DNA of 64,000 nt from Octopus vulgaris. Its lineage: Eukaryota. Numbering within the stretch: the stretch's first letter is position 1; every line of letters starts with the position of its first letter. The notes below the pieces were generated by a model that saw nothing but the letters and a program-made list of their open reading frames with translations, was not told the DNA's origin and made no database searches. Location of the stretch: positions 105,028,001 through 105,092,000 of the forward strand of contig OX597818.1 in assembly GCA_951406725.2 (NCBI GenBank), given 5' to 3'. A program made the position numbers and the translations under genes. Below are positions 39,095 through 51,786 of this stretch, in pieces.

Positions 39095-41671
39095 GGATGG
39101 CAATCTGGTATCTTCCATGGTGTGCATGGAATTGGTTCTCAAAATGAAAAGGGAGTTCTGTGATGCATGCAACCTATTAATCTGCAACACTAATGTCAGG
39201 AAGCCAGACAGCCACCTGATAACTTATCAATCAGGTATGTCTGCTAGCCAGATTGATTTCATCCTCACCAGACAGTGGGACGCAAGGCTGCTCTTCAATG
39301 CAAAGACCCTCCCTGGTGAAGAATGTACCCTCCAGCATAGACTAGTTATCAGTGACTTTAGACTCAAGGCCAGAAGGATGCCAGGAAGTAGACCAATCCA
39401 GAAAAGGATTAGGAAGCTAAAGAACCCTTCACATGGTTAGAGATTTAGGGACATCCTCACTGAGAAATTTGATGAGAGGGAGGAGGAGCTACAGACCTTG
39501 GACATAGAGGTAGCTGGAAATTCCTATGGGACAGCTTACTGAGCGCCACAGACCAAATCTGTGGCTGGTGCAAAGTCTCTTCCAGACCTAGAGTAATGTG
39601 GTGGTGGAATAATATGGTAGACAAGGCCATTAGAGCAAAGAAACAAGCCTGTAAGAGCAGGGGCAGCAGGGAACTGTACTAGATAGATTGAAGGGAGGTT
39701 GGGCAACAGGTGAACATAGCCAAGGGAGAAGCAGAAAAGAAAAAATTTGCCAATGTTCAGCAACCTGAAGACCAAAGAACTAAAGTATTTTAGATTGCAA
39801 GACAGTGTGTGAGAGAAAATTGTGATGTCACAGGAGAGAAATGTATCCACGTGGATGATGGTGCACTTGCTTTTAATGATTCTGCAAAGAAAGAGGCTTG
39901 AAGAAGCCATTATAAAAGGCTGCTCAATATGGAGAATGAATGGGAGGAGGAGGAGAGCCTGCCAATGTTGACCCTGTAGAGGGACCAGCTATCCAAATAG
40001 ACAGCACTCTGGTATGATAAAGCAATTAAGGATATGAAGTCAGGAAAAGCCCCTGGCCCAACAGGAATCACTGCTGAGATGCTTAAAATATCTGGCGTGT
40101 GGGTTATGGCCAAGTCATCCATATTGTAAACCTGGTAGTTCACGAAGGAGTCATACCCAATGACTGGTGTAGCAGCACCATAGTCAACTGCTACAAAGGT
40201 AAAGGTGATGCTTCAGAAAGAAATAACTAAAGGGGCATCATACTGCTGGATCAGGTGATGAAGGTCATGGAGAAGGTCATAGCTCAACTAATTAGGGAAA
40301 GAGACTACTTAGATGAGATGCAGTTTGGTTTTGTGCCAGGTAGAAGTATCACTGTCCTAGTAAGTAGGAATGCAAACACATCATAAACTCCCTTTAGGTA
40401 GATGGCCCTGCTCAACCAGTAGAAATTCTATAAGATGTACCCTGTGTAAGCTATGGACACATAATAGGTGCAGCAACATCAAAGGAAGGTTAACTGGGAA
40501 TATAGCTTTCATGTGTGGCAGATGCACAGGGGTAGTTAACACTGCAGATAATCAGAAAACTGATTCCATCACATGCCAAGGGAAGAAACTAGAAGTAGTT
40601 GATAGCTTCCACTACCTAGGCCACCAAGTCTGCAGTGGGGGTGGATGCTTGGAGAGTGTTGCCACTAGAATGAAAATGGCCTGGACAAAGTTCAGAAAGC
40701 TCCTGCCCCTACTGGTGACAAAGGGCCTCTCGCTCAGAGTGAAGGATAGATTTATGATGCACATGTGTAAACTGCCATGTTACATGGGCTGTGACTGCTG
40801 AAGACATGCGTAAGCTCAAAAGAAATGAAGCTAGTATGATCCGCTGGATTTGTAAAGTCAGTGTGCACGCATGACAGAGTGTAAGTGCCCTGAGAGAAAT
40901 GTTGGACATAAGAAGCATCAGCTGTGGTGTGCAAGAGAGACGACTGTGTTGGTATGGTCATGTGCTATGGAGAGCTGTGAGAAAAAGTGTCACCCCCTAA
41001 CAGCGGAAGAGAGAGACCCAGGAAGACATGGGATGAGGTGGTGAAACCTTTGAACATTGGGCCTCACAGAGACAATGACGAAAGACCAAGACCTCTGGAG
41101 ATATGCTGTGATTGAGAAGACCTGGCAAGTAAAGTGAGATCACAGCCGTAGCCTATACCAGTGTTGTATAACCAGCCCACTTAAAGAGTACCTTTGGATC
41201 ATTGGGCGACATGCCATGCTTGAGGAGGCCTATTGAGTCAAGTAAATCAAAATCAAATCACATCACAATCAAATGGAAATTGTAGTTGTGACCATTGCCA
41301 GTACCACCTGACTGGCTCCCATACTGGTGGCATTCATGCATGGGCCATTGCCAATGCTGCCTATCTGTCTCCTCGTGCTGGTAGCACGTAAAAAAGCACC
41401 ATCCAAACATGGTCGATGCCAGCCCCCCCCCCCCTCCCAACTGGTTCTTGTGCCAGTGACACGTAAAAAACACCATCTGAACGTAGCTGATGCCAGTGCT
41501 ACCTGACTGGCTCCCGTCCTGGAGTGGGTGGCATTAGGAAGGGCATCCAGCTGTAAAAACTTTGCCAGATCAGATTGGAGCCTGGTGTGGCCTCCTGGCT
41601 TGCCAGTCCCCTGTCAAATTGTCCAACCCATGTCAGCATGGAAAGCAGACGTTAAATGATGATGATGATGA
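39095..41671 (+). mobile_element. 5'-truncated, degenerate RTE-clade LINE
   Basis: APE C-terminus (ITYQSG..SQIDFIL...QHRLV), RT N-part (MKSGKAPGPTGI, QFGFVPG), internal deletion near 40355, Cys/His finger, RT C-part (VDSFHYLG), repeat-rich 3' UTR, (GAT)n tail. Confidence 0.92.
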
Positions 41672-42101
41672 ACTTGAGTCAATCTAAGGTTATGGTCGGC
41701 GACACTTGCTCAAGATGCTACACAGTGGGATTGAACACCTCATCACACGTTTACAAAATGAGCCACTTAAAGTAATTTCTGCATTGGATACTCTTTCAAA
41801 GACCAAACTGTCCAATTCATAATTCGTTGGGGTGAATCATTTTTGAAGTAAATTAAACTTGAGCAAATTACTGTCACTGGTGGTAAACTCCCAACAAGCT
41901 CAATCTACTATGCAAGTTCAATTCCCAGTTGAAGCACTCTGTCTTTCTCTTTATATTTGGAATTCCTACTATAGTATAAGATGCTTGTGCTCACTAAACT
42001 GACTCTCTTTTAATGCATGACATGAAGACAAAGCCTCTATGTACAATAGTAGGAGTACTTTTGGAATGAACTCTGATCACTTGCTAAATATGGCAGATAG
42101 T

Positions 42102-42283
42102 AGGTGACAAGCTGGCAGAAATGTTAGCACGCCTTTATGTTCTGAGTTCAAATTCCACCGAGGTCAACTTTGCCTTTCATCCTTTTGGGGTCGATAAATT
42201 AAGTACCAGTTGTGTACTGGGGTCGATCTAATCGACTATACCCCTCCCCCAAAATTTTGGGTCTTGCACCTAGAGTAGAAAAG
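42102..42283 (+). mobile_element. SINE with 15-bp TSD; related copies at ~44358-44558, ~55421-55627 (-), ~60255-60465, ~60530-60745 and many older ones
   Basis: B-box GAGTTCAAATTCC; core TTTGCCTTTCATCCTTT.GGGGTCGATAAATTAAGTACCAG; TSD AATATGGCAGATAGT at 42087-42101 and 42284-42298. Confidence 0.85.
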
Positions 42284-44109
42284 AATATGGCAGATAGTTT
42301 CTACTACCAGGTGAAATAATTAGTAGTGTAAGTAGTCGTAATGAAATGAAAGAGCTAAAGTCATAGAAGCATAGAAAATATTTGAAAAGATTGACTACAT
42401 TGGCAACAAAGGATTTCTTTTTTGTAACATTTGAGCAGTGAGGATTATTTAGTCTTATGAGGTACAAAGTGACCTCACTAATGCTGGTGCCATGTTAAAA
42501 TGCACTCAATATGCTGTAATATGATTGGCAAATGAGCAAATATTACCTAGGATCAGGAGGACATCTTTAGCTTTGCTGAGAAAATGAGTCTTTCTGGTGT
42601 TCATACCATAACAAAATGCACCCTATTCACTTTTGTGAAGTGTTCGGCACTAGTAAGGACATCCAGCAATAGAAATTGAACCAAAAATGAGAAATACAAG
42701 CAAGTTTGGTCTGCAAATCCAGTTTTAAGAGCAGTAACACCAAATAAGATCAGACTCAAAACTGTGAGAGCTTATCTAACTCATACCAGCATAAGACAGT
42801 GGATGTAAAATGATGATGGCAAACGATGTGGTATATGTTTAATGTGATGCTACATGGACATTAAATGTAACAAAAAATGTCATCTTTGTATTTCACAAGG
42901 CTCATACTGAACTCATTGATTAATCAATGTTTGAACATGTCACTAACTGCAAAATTTTAAAATCATGTTAAAAAATAAATATGCTTTATGACAAATTCTA
43001 TTCCCTTGACAAATTTTCAGCAAATTGCTTATTCATAACTCCTATATTTGAAGATTTAATTAGCATAAAAAGTAAAACATAAATGAGCTTTATTGAAAGA
43101 CATCAGCAAATGCATTTTTAAAAAAATGAATGCACAGTCAGGCACATATACCACCAGATGATACATGGTAGATGGTACACATAGTCATAGCAGAGAGAGA
43201 AGTGGTGAGGTCAGTTTTAGATGAAGGGACACAATATATCATAATACAGGTCTGGACAGAAGCCTATATGTGGTCACTTAATAGGAATCAAATCTCCAGT
43301 AACTAAAACTCTGCCAAGACACATTGGACAGTGTTGTCAAAGGTACTGTTGCCCATAAATAGTCATGGACGGAGTACCTTTACCAACAGGTTTCCTCAAT
43401 CAGAGCTACACAGAACTAGCAGCAATGATAATGACAATATTCAGTTTCATAATCAGAATTTATTTTCTATTCAGCAATAATATTGCTATTTATTATAAAA
43501 GTAAAGTGTTTTGTCATCAGATTTAATATCTTGCAATTTAGATCTAATATTACTTTTATTACCCTTTGCTACTACTTTTCTGGTAGCATTTTCAGTTTGG
43601 TTTATATCTAGTCATCATCATCATCAGTATTTTAAATAATTGGATAATTTTTGTAGTAGTTACTCAACTGTAATTGACAAAATGATTTTACCATTGTTTG
43701 GTAACATGCATAACTGTATTTTCCAGCATACAAACCAACGTAGTATATTGTGTAAACGTGTAGTGTAAGCATTCAAACAGTGTAAACATTTAAATAACTT
43801 CCCAAAGCTTGCTGCATTTCACATGGAATTTTTGACCCTTCAAAATTGTCTTGATACATAACTCAACCTACCTTCTTTGGGTGCAAATTTTGGTCAGAAA
43901 AATTCCACTTGTATACCAGAAAATACAGTAGACAAAAGTTACCCAAATATTGTAACAAACATGAATATGTTCAGATGTGACAAGATAAGGAAGAAAAATC
44001 AAGTATTTACAATAGTGTCCTTTATTGGAGACCTTGAGAAGAAGAATAAAAATAATCCTTGCTGACACAGACCACAAATTAATCAACTCAAATTCTCCTG
44101 ATTGTTCAT

Positions 44110-44250
44110 TTAATTGCTGCTATTTTTCTCATGGAGTAGATCTATGTAAGCACCAGCAATCAAATCAGATTTTTGAATATTGAATTTTTTCATAAAGTCT
44201 TCTGCAATTTTAACACCTTCCAATTTCTCCTGATCTTCTTTCATCATAAC
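44110..44250 (-). CDS. CYTH-domain / class IV adenylate cyclase (CyaB)-like protein, terminal exon
   Basis: AAG| VMMKEDQEKLEGVKIAEDFMKKFNIQKSDLIAGAYIDLLHEKNSSN* ; AYxDLL is the CyaB-like C-terminal motif. Confidence 0.92.
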   Translation of the reverse strand, partial: VMMKEDQEKLEGVKIAEDFMKKFNIQKSDLIAGAYIDLLHEKNSSN

Positions 44251-44843
44251 CTTGAGAAGGAAAAAGAAATTAGAAAAATTTTTAAATTGCAAAGGGATTC
44301 AAAATAGAGGTTTATGCAGTTATGGAAGTGTTGCACTCTCGAAATTCTTGCTGTAACAGAAACGTTAGCATGCTGGGCGAAATGCTTAGCAATATTTCAT
44401 CTGTCTTTACGTTCTGAGTTCAAATTCCGCCGAGGTCAACTTTGCCTTTCATCCTTTCGGGGCCGATAAATTAAGTACCAGTTGCGTATTGGGGTCGATC
44501 TAATCAACTGCCCTCCCTCCCCCAAAATTCCAGACCTTGTACCTAGAGTAGAAAAGAATGTAAAACATATTCCCCATTAGTTCCATGCATATTTTGAGTT
44601 AGGGCAATATTTTCATTTTGCCTTTCTAATGGAGGCAATGCATGTACAAGACAATAGTAGAGCTGGTGTATATTCAGAAAATGATGTTAATATTACTGCA
44701 ATGAAAATGAAGTGACTGGAATGGTAAAGGACAGGACAAATTTTTTAATGTATTCAGTTTCATCTTTCAACCTTTCTGTATTCTATGTCTCTAAAGAAGT
44801 GACTTTAACTTTGATCCTTCCAGCATTAATAAAATAAATAACT

Positions 44844-45715
44844 CTGGTAACAAAGGGCCTCTCGCTCAGAAACATGGGCCATGACTGCTGAGGATATGCA
44901 TAAGCTCAAAAGAAATGAAGCTACTATGATCCACTGAATGTGTAATGTCAGTGTGCATACACGATAGAGTGTAAGTGCCCTGAGAGAAAAGTTGGATATA
45001 AGAAGCATCAGATGTGGTGTGCAAGAGTGATGACTGCGCTAGTATGGACATGCATATGGATGAGGACAGCTGTGTGAAAAAGCGTCACACACTAACAGAA
45101 GATGGAAGCTATGGAAGAGGTAGACCAAGGAAGACCTGGGATGAGGTGGTGAAACGTGACCTTCGAACATTGAGCTTCACAGAGGCAATGACAAGTAACC
45201 AAGACCTTTGAAGATATGCTGTGCTTGAGAAGTCCCAGCAAACCAAGTGACACCATAACCATAGCCTATGCCAGTGTTGCATTACTGGCACATTTAAGAG
45301 TACCTTTCAATCATTGGGCAATAAACTGTGCTTGAAAAGACCTACTGAGTCAAGTGAAATCATTGTCATGACCAATCTCAGTACCACCCGACTGGCACCC
45401 ATGCCAGTGGCACACAAAAAGCACCATTTGAGTGTGGTTGTTACCAGTGCCACCTGACTGGCTCTCATGCCAGGTGCACATAAAAAGCACCACTTGAGTG
45501 CGGTTGACGCCAATACCACCTAACTGGCATCCTGCCGGTGGCATGTAATAAGCACCCACTACACTCTTGGAGTGATTGGTGTTAGGAAGGGCATCCATCT
45601 GTAGAAACCTTGCCAGATCAGATTGGAACCTGGTGCAGCCTTCTGACTTGCCAGTCCTCAGTCAAATCGTCAAACCCATGCCAGCATGGAAAGCAGACGT
45701 TAAACGATGATGATG
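44844..45715 (+). mobile_element. 5'-truncated RTE LINE (in CYTH intron)
   Basis: GRGRPRKTWDEVVK, 3' UTR repeats, (GAT)n tail. Confidence 0.9.
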
Positions 45716-45989
45716 GTTTATTAGGGGTAGATTCAATTGACTGTACTCTTCTCCTACAAATTTGAAACTCTATGCCAATGTGAGATGTCACAATTGCTAC
45801 AACCACAGCAATTGGGTATGAAGAACATGTGGATGACATGATGCATAGTGCTGTTGGTGCAACTACAACTACTGATGAGGAGTATACTGCTAATTATTGG
45901 ACATATCAGTGCTTTGCCAGCACTTTTATATTGCTTCTTCTGCTTCATGCTCTGAGACAATTGGACTTGATATTATTAATGTCCTGTTT

Positions 45990-46620
45990 ATACTGTTGCA
46001 GGTTGACACCTGCTAAGAAGGCATGAGCAAAGAGATTCCAGAGGGATGATGTCCTGGGAAGAAAGACTGCAGTTCATGGTTAATGCAAATCTGTGGGAGT
46101 TGAATGTATCAAAAGTGACAAGAGATGGAAAGATGAATAAGTTGATGGTGGCTGGTTGGTGAGGGTATGAGACTAGCCAGCTCCCAAGAAGGGAGGCCTT
46201 TATAGTAGTGATTGAGAGAATATAGCACATCTGTGGACCAGAGTCTGGAGTGTGTCTGAGAGTGTTTGAATACCAATTAGTCAAGTGGATCTTCTCCAGA
46301 TGTGCTCAGAATGTTTCTGCCTAGCAACAGTACCATTCCAGATGTTGGAGCAGTACTCCATTCTGTGCTTCACCGAGAGAAACAAAACTTCTGTTTCACC
46401 AAGCTACCTTGTAAAAATTATCAGGTTTCCAAATTCTTTCTTACCAATCAAAACAGTCATCATCATCTGATAAGTTGACTTACTCAGACCAATGCAACTC
46501 TTTCATGCCAGACGCCCTGATTGAGTGATGAGGCTTGAACATCTGGCTTGGGTTTTAATCGCATTGCTCTTTCACAAGCTGAAATATCTCATCTACATAC
46601 AGCATGACTACAGATGATAG
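45990..46620 (-). mobile_element. Old CR1/L2-group LINE RT C-terminal relic
   Basis: Minus-strand remnant (R)MEYCSNIWNG near 46330-46365. Confidence 0.45.
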
Positions 46621-46984
46621 CAGTAGTTTGTTAATAGAACTGGTTGATCCTGGACATTGACAGTTTATTGTCTGTTCATCCACTCAGCATTTAGTGATAC
46701 TAGCCATTAATTTAATAACATTCATTTACTGAAACAGGTGCATCTCATGATTTCAATAACTTGGCTGGTTACATGCTATTTAAAACTTAGCTGTGAACCT
46801 GACAGGTGTTACTACTCCAGGTCAGAACAGATCTGGAAACAATAATGGCTAAGAGGTGGTTCCACACACTTCAAAACCCTGGAAATCCTGATTCATGGCC
46901 CCACTACCAGATGCAGCTTAAAGTTACATCCTATGTATCAAAATAGTAACATCATGAAATGTTTACAGCAATAAAAATACTAAC

Positions 46985-47110
46985 CTCTAGTTCCATAAAA
47001 TTTCCTAATCCTTCGACATCATCAATGTGGATCCGAGTTTGACCAGCAATATATAATTCACGCCGTTTCTTCACAATTCCTTTGATACCCAGTGCACGAC
47101 TCAGAACAAT
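46985..47110 (-). CDS. CYTH/CyaB-like protein, internal exon
   Basis: TAG| IVLSRALGIKGIVKKRRELYIAGQTRIHIDDVEGLGNFMELE |GTTAGT; 126 nt, phase 0. KxR and DxVxGLGxFxExE are CYTH signatures. Confidence 0.95.
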
Positions 47111-48293
47111 CTACAATGACAAAAATTGGATGAAGCAAAATGGATGATGTACAGATTTTAAGAAAAGATGTAAGCATGACTGCTTCCCAACCACATGGTT
47201 TGAGGTTCAGTCTCACTGCATGGCACTGTGGGCAAGTGTCTTCTACTATAGCCTTGGGCCAACTAAAGCCTTGTGAGTATATTTGGTAGACAGAAATTAA
47301 AAGAATCCCATTGTATATTTGTATGTAGAGGGGGTTCCTCACTTCTGCTTGACAACCAGTGCTGGTGTATTTATGTCCCTGTAACTTACCAGTTCAGCAA
47401 AAGAGACTGATAGAATAAGTACCATGCTTTAAAATTAAGTACTAGTGTTGCTACATTTGACTAAAAATTCTTCAAGGTGGTGCCCCAGTATGGCAACATT
47501 CTAATGATTGAAACAAGTAAAAGGTAGATGGTAAAAGGTAAATGTCAGTAAAATAATTAGCAACTAATCAAGCATAAAATATTTAAATATTAGATGATAC
47601 CATGAAAATGGTAGCTTACAGAATAGAAACACTAAGATTTTCTTTAGTCCTTTTAAAATAAACAGCATAATAGCCAAACACACACATGCATATACATGAT
47701 AAGCTTCTTCAGTTTCTGCCTGTAAAATCCATTCATGTGGGTTTGTACAGTTTGGGGCTTTAGTAGATGACACCCAGGATGCTACATAGTGAGCTGCTTC
47801 TTCTGCTTCGTGCTCTTGCTTGATGGAGCTGGGATCATCCCAGGTTAGTGGTCCCAGTGACATCATTATGCATAGAGCTGATCAAGTCTACCAGTTCTCT
47901 CTTTTGCTAGCAGTCCTGTACCAGCCCCTCCTGGGTTTGGCCTTGTTGTGACCAATGTCACATTCATGTAAGTACCAGTTAAACACTGAAGATGATATAG
48001 ACTTACCCCATCACCCAAAATTACTGGCCTTGTGCCAAGGTTTGAAATCAATATTTAGCCAAGGGGAAAGCTACCTTTGCCTTCATGCTGATACAGGAGT
48101 TACCTTTCAGAATGCAAAGAGCTAGAACAGATTCAGCAAACCATTTCACCTAAAACTCTAATAGTTCTGCCAATCCACTCTCCTGGATTGGACTTTTCTT
48201 ATCAACCTGGACAAAAAGGACAAAAGCAAAGTTGACCTTAGTAGGATTTGAACTCAAAGCACTGAGAGCTATAAAGTACTTGAAATATTCTAT

Positions 48294-49826
48294 TGTAGTG
48301 CATTGCCCAAGGATTTATGACAGACAAACTGTAGACAGGAACTTCACTGTGCACTAGCTAGGGAGCTGGTCTGCAGTGAAATCGACTTCCAGTTAAGCAG
48401 GCTTTCTATTCTAGCAGGAGTTGACTAGCAGCTGTCACCCTCATGTATTTAACTGAATAAACCCTGGTCGTCAACCCTGCATGTGGCACCAAAACCCAAC
48501 AGAGGTTTTTGTCCATGCAGAGATTACTATCATCTCAGTGCAAATACAACATCCAACCGCTACCCCATTCCACACATAAAGGACTTCCCAGTGGACCAAG
48601 ATTTACATCCCCTGTCAACAAGCCAAAGTCCATCAATACACCAAAGCACATTGCAGCAACTATGAACCACCAAAGGTTCATTTCAGCCACATCGAAATCT
48701 ACCTTGTCAGCCTCCTACCAACCTTAATAAACCACTACACTCATTGGCCTGATGCTATCCCTCTCTGTAACACAGAAACACAAGAAGTCAGCTGAGCCTC
48801 CATCACAAACTGGGTTGCCCATTTCAGTGTCTCAGACAGCATCTCATCCGATTGGGGTCCACAATTCATCTCAAAGCAGTGGAATGAAATGTGTGACCTT
48901 TTTGGAATCACAATGAAGCACACAACAGCCTACCATCCACAGGCCATTGGGTTAGTGGAGAGATTTCACCACCGCCTTAAGGAATCTCTAACAACCAGAC
49001 TTGACGGGCCCAGTTGGATTGATCAACTTCCATGGGTGATGCTGGGAATCCACACCACCCCAAAGGAAAATCTCAACACTTCTTCCACAGAAATGATGTA
49101 TAATAAAACTCTTACAGTGCCAGGAGAGTTCCTTCCAAACACGAAGTCAGACCTGGATATTAAAAGATACCTCGCACAACAGAGAGACAGTGTGGGCTAG
49201 TTACGCCCTATTCCCATGTCAACACATGGTACATCCAGATCATCCATACCAAACGACCTCCACATGGTTAATTTTGTGTTTGTTTGATGGGACACACAAC
49301 GAAAACCCCTTCAGTCACCCTACGATGGCCCATATGAAGTCATATGTCTGGGAGACAAATTATTGTAACTCCTAATTAGCAGACAAGACACAGTTTCCAT
49401 TGATAGGTTGAAACCGGCCCATCTCAATATCAACAGCCTCATCCAAGTAGCTCAACCACCAAACAAAGGTTGCCCCATGCAAATTACACCAATATTTGGC
49501 AAGGACCAGTCACCAAAGAGCCAAGTAATCACACATACAGGCAGTTAAAACACCTTCCAGATTCAAATGGTAATCAACAGTCTGGTGAGGAGTTATATGT
49601 AGGACACTGCCCAAGAATTTACGACAGATGAACTGCAGACAGGAACTTTGCTGCAGGCTAGCTATGAAGCTGTTCTGCAGCGAAGTTGACTTCTGGTTAA
49701 GCAGGCTTTCTATTCTAGCAGAAGTTGACTAGTGGCTGTTGCTCTCATGTAGTTAACAGAATAAATCTTTCGTTAACACAATCTAGGTCTCTATTAATGC
49801 TTTTGTGTATAGCTTAACTAAAGCCA
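48294..49826 (+). mobile_element. Internally deleted Gypsy relic related to 5219-10894
   Basis: LTR starts at 48294 and 49598 (TGTAG...ATTTA.GACAGA...CTG.AGACAGGAACTT). RT scrap (HVAPKPN...DY), integrase TTAYHPQAIGLVERFH, uninterrupted PYDGPYEV. Confidence 0.9.
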
Positions 49827-50422
49827 GGTAGACCCAGGAAAACCTGGGATGAGATGGTGGAGCACGACCTTCGAACTTTAGGTCTCACTGAGGAAATGAC
49901 TAGAGACCGAGACCTTTGGAAGTATGCTGCGCGTGAGAAGACCCGGCAGGATAAGTGAGACCATAACCCATGGCCTCAGTCCACTTATGCATACCTTTCC
50001 TTCTTGGGACACAAAACTCTACTTGTGAAGACCTGTTGAGGCAAGTGAAAATCAAAAAATCAAAATCGATCAACATCAATGGAAATTGTAGCTGTGATAC
50101 CAGTGCCGGTGGCACATAAGAGAACCATCTGAACGTGGCCGTTGCCAGCTCCGCCCCGACTGGCTTCCATGCCGGTGGCACGTAAAAAGCACCATCCGAT
50201 CGTGGCCATTGCCAGCCTCGTCTGGCACCTGTGCCGGTTTCACGTAAAAAGCAGCCACTACACTCATGGAGTGGTTGGCGTTAGGAAGGGCATCCAGCCG
50301 TAGAAACATTGCCAGATCAGACTGGGCCTGGTGCAGCCTTCTGTCTTCCCAGACCCCAGTTGCACCGTCCAACCCATGCCAGCATGGAAAGCGGACGATA
50401 AACGATGATGATGATGATGATG
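49827..50422 (+). mobile_element. 5'-truncated RTE LINE inserted at the end of the Gypsy 3' LTR
   Basis: TSD AAAGCCA at 49820-49826 and 50423-50429; (GAT)n tail. Confidence 0.9.
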
Positions 50423-50987
50423 AAAGCCAATTCATCACCTTAAGTTCACACATGGCAAGTGCATTTCAGGCTGACTTGAAAATATTTTATGGTCGTTCTC
50501 TTGTTTGATTAAGCAATTTATCCTATAATCTAATTTCAGTTTAGCTATCATAGACGATAACAGTATGAAGATGCTTAATGCCATGGATACTTCCACACTT
50601 TCATAGACTGAGGTGACTAAACTGTCTTATTCAACTTAATAAATAAAGAAAATGAATCTACACTTTGAAAATAAAAACACAGTACTAAACCTAAATTTTA
50701 TGGATCACTATTTCCTTCCAGAGAGGGTGATATATATAATCAAGTTCTATCACTAGTTCTCTATCTGCTTAAGGTTTCCAAGGGACGCAAAATTAACTTT
50801 AAAATCAACTTACGTCCCTTGAATATGAGGCAACTAACTCACTGACCTCTATGTATAAAGACGGAATGTAAACAAGTTAGCTTTAAGATCTGATTACAAT
50901 ATATTTAGTTACAGCTAAAAGTATTAGATTTTAAAAGGTAAAAATTGCTTCATTTTAATCTAATAACTGAGATGTGAAACAATAAAG

Positions 50988-51786
50988 GGTTAATATCTAG
51001 ATCCGCACCCGGTGGGAAAAATGAGATCCGCACCCGGTGGGAAAAATGGAAACGAAAATGTGTAACAGTTGTAAGGCATCGTATATTGACGGAATAAGAC
51101 GGGAAAAAAGCGCGCTGACAAACGGGGGTGGGGGGTGGGGGTGGGGGGCTCGGGAAATTCCCAGGATCAACCGTAGAGGCAAAAATGGAAAAAAATATGT
51201 GTAACAGGTGTAAGGCATCGTATATTGAAGGAATATGACGAAAAAAAAGCGCGCTGACAAACGGGGGGGGAGGGGGCTCGGAAAATTGCCTACGATTTAA
51301 AGAAAAATTTACCATCAATTTTCACCATTGTGTTTCTGATTCGCGACCCCATGTCGAATTTATCGATTTTTTTCAGAACTGGGGGAACTTTTCAAAATTT
51401 TCGCTGCGTTAGTTTTGAATTATGACATTGGGCTATGTGTGTGAAATGCGTTTAAAATGGTGAAAATTGATGGTAAATTTTTCTTTAAATCGTAGGCAAT
51501 TTTCCGAGCCCCCCCCCCGTTTGTCAGCGCGCTTTTTTTTCGTCATAACGATGCCTTACACCTGTTACACATATTTTTTTCCATTTTTGCCACCTGGACG
51601 TGGATCCTCTACGGTTGATCCTGGGAATTTCCCGAGCCCCCCCCCCCACCGTTTGTCAGCGCGCTTTTTTCCCGTCTTATTCCGTCAATATACGATGCCT
51701 TACAACTGTTACACATTTTCGTTTCCATTTTTCCCACCGGGTGCGGATCTCATTTTTCCCACCGGGTGCGGATCTAGATATTAACC
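50988..51786. mobile_element. Foldback-type non-autonomous DNA transposon with ~330-bp inverted arms
   Basis: GGTTAATATCTAGATCCGCACCCGGTGGG ... CCCACCGGGTGCGGATCTAGATATTAACC. Arms ~50988-51330 and ~51456-51786 contain internal duplications. Direct repeat CAATAAAG at 50980-50987 and 51787-51794. Confidence 0.92.

Noticed and set aside
41290-41520. CRISPR-like repeat/spacer appearance
   Set aside because: Degenerate tandem units of an RTE 3' UTR; the spacers resemble each other, there are no cas genes and the context is eukaryotic.
50779-50890. Possible extra CYTH exon ending GAC|GTAAGT at 50814
   Set aside because: The exons at 55704 and 47110 already join in frame with the expected spacing. 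The donor-like site is part of a short palindrome (CAAGGGACG...CGTCCCTTG), probably a transposon remnant.
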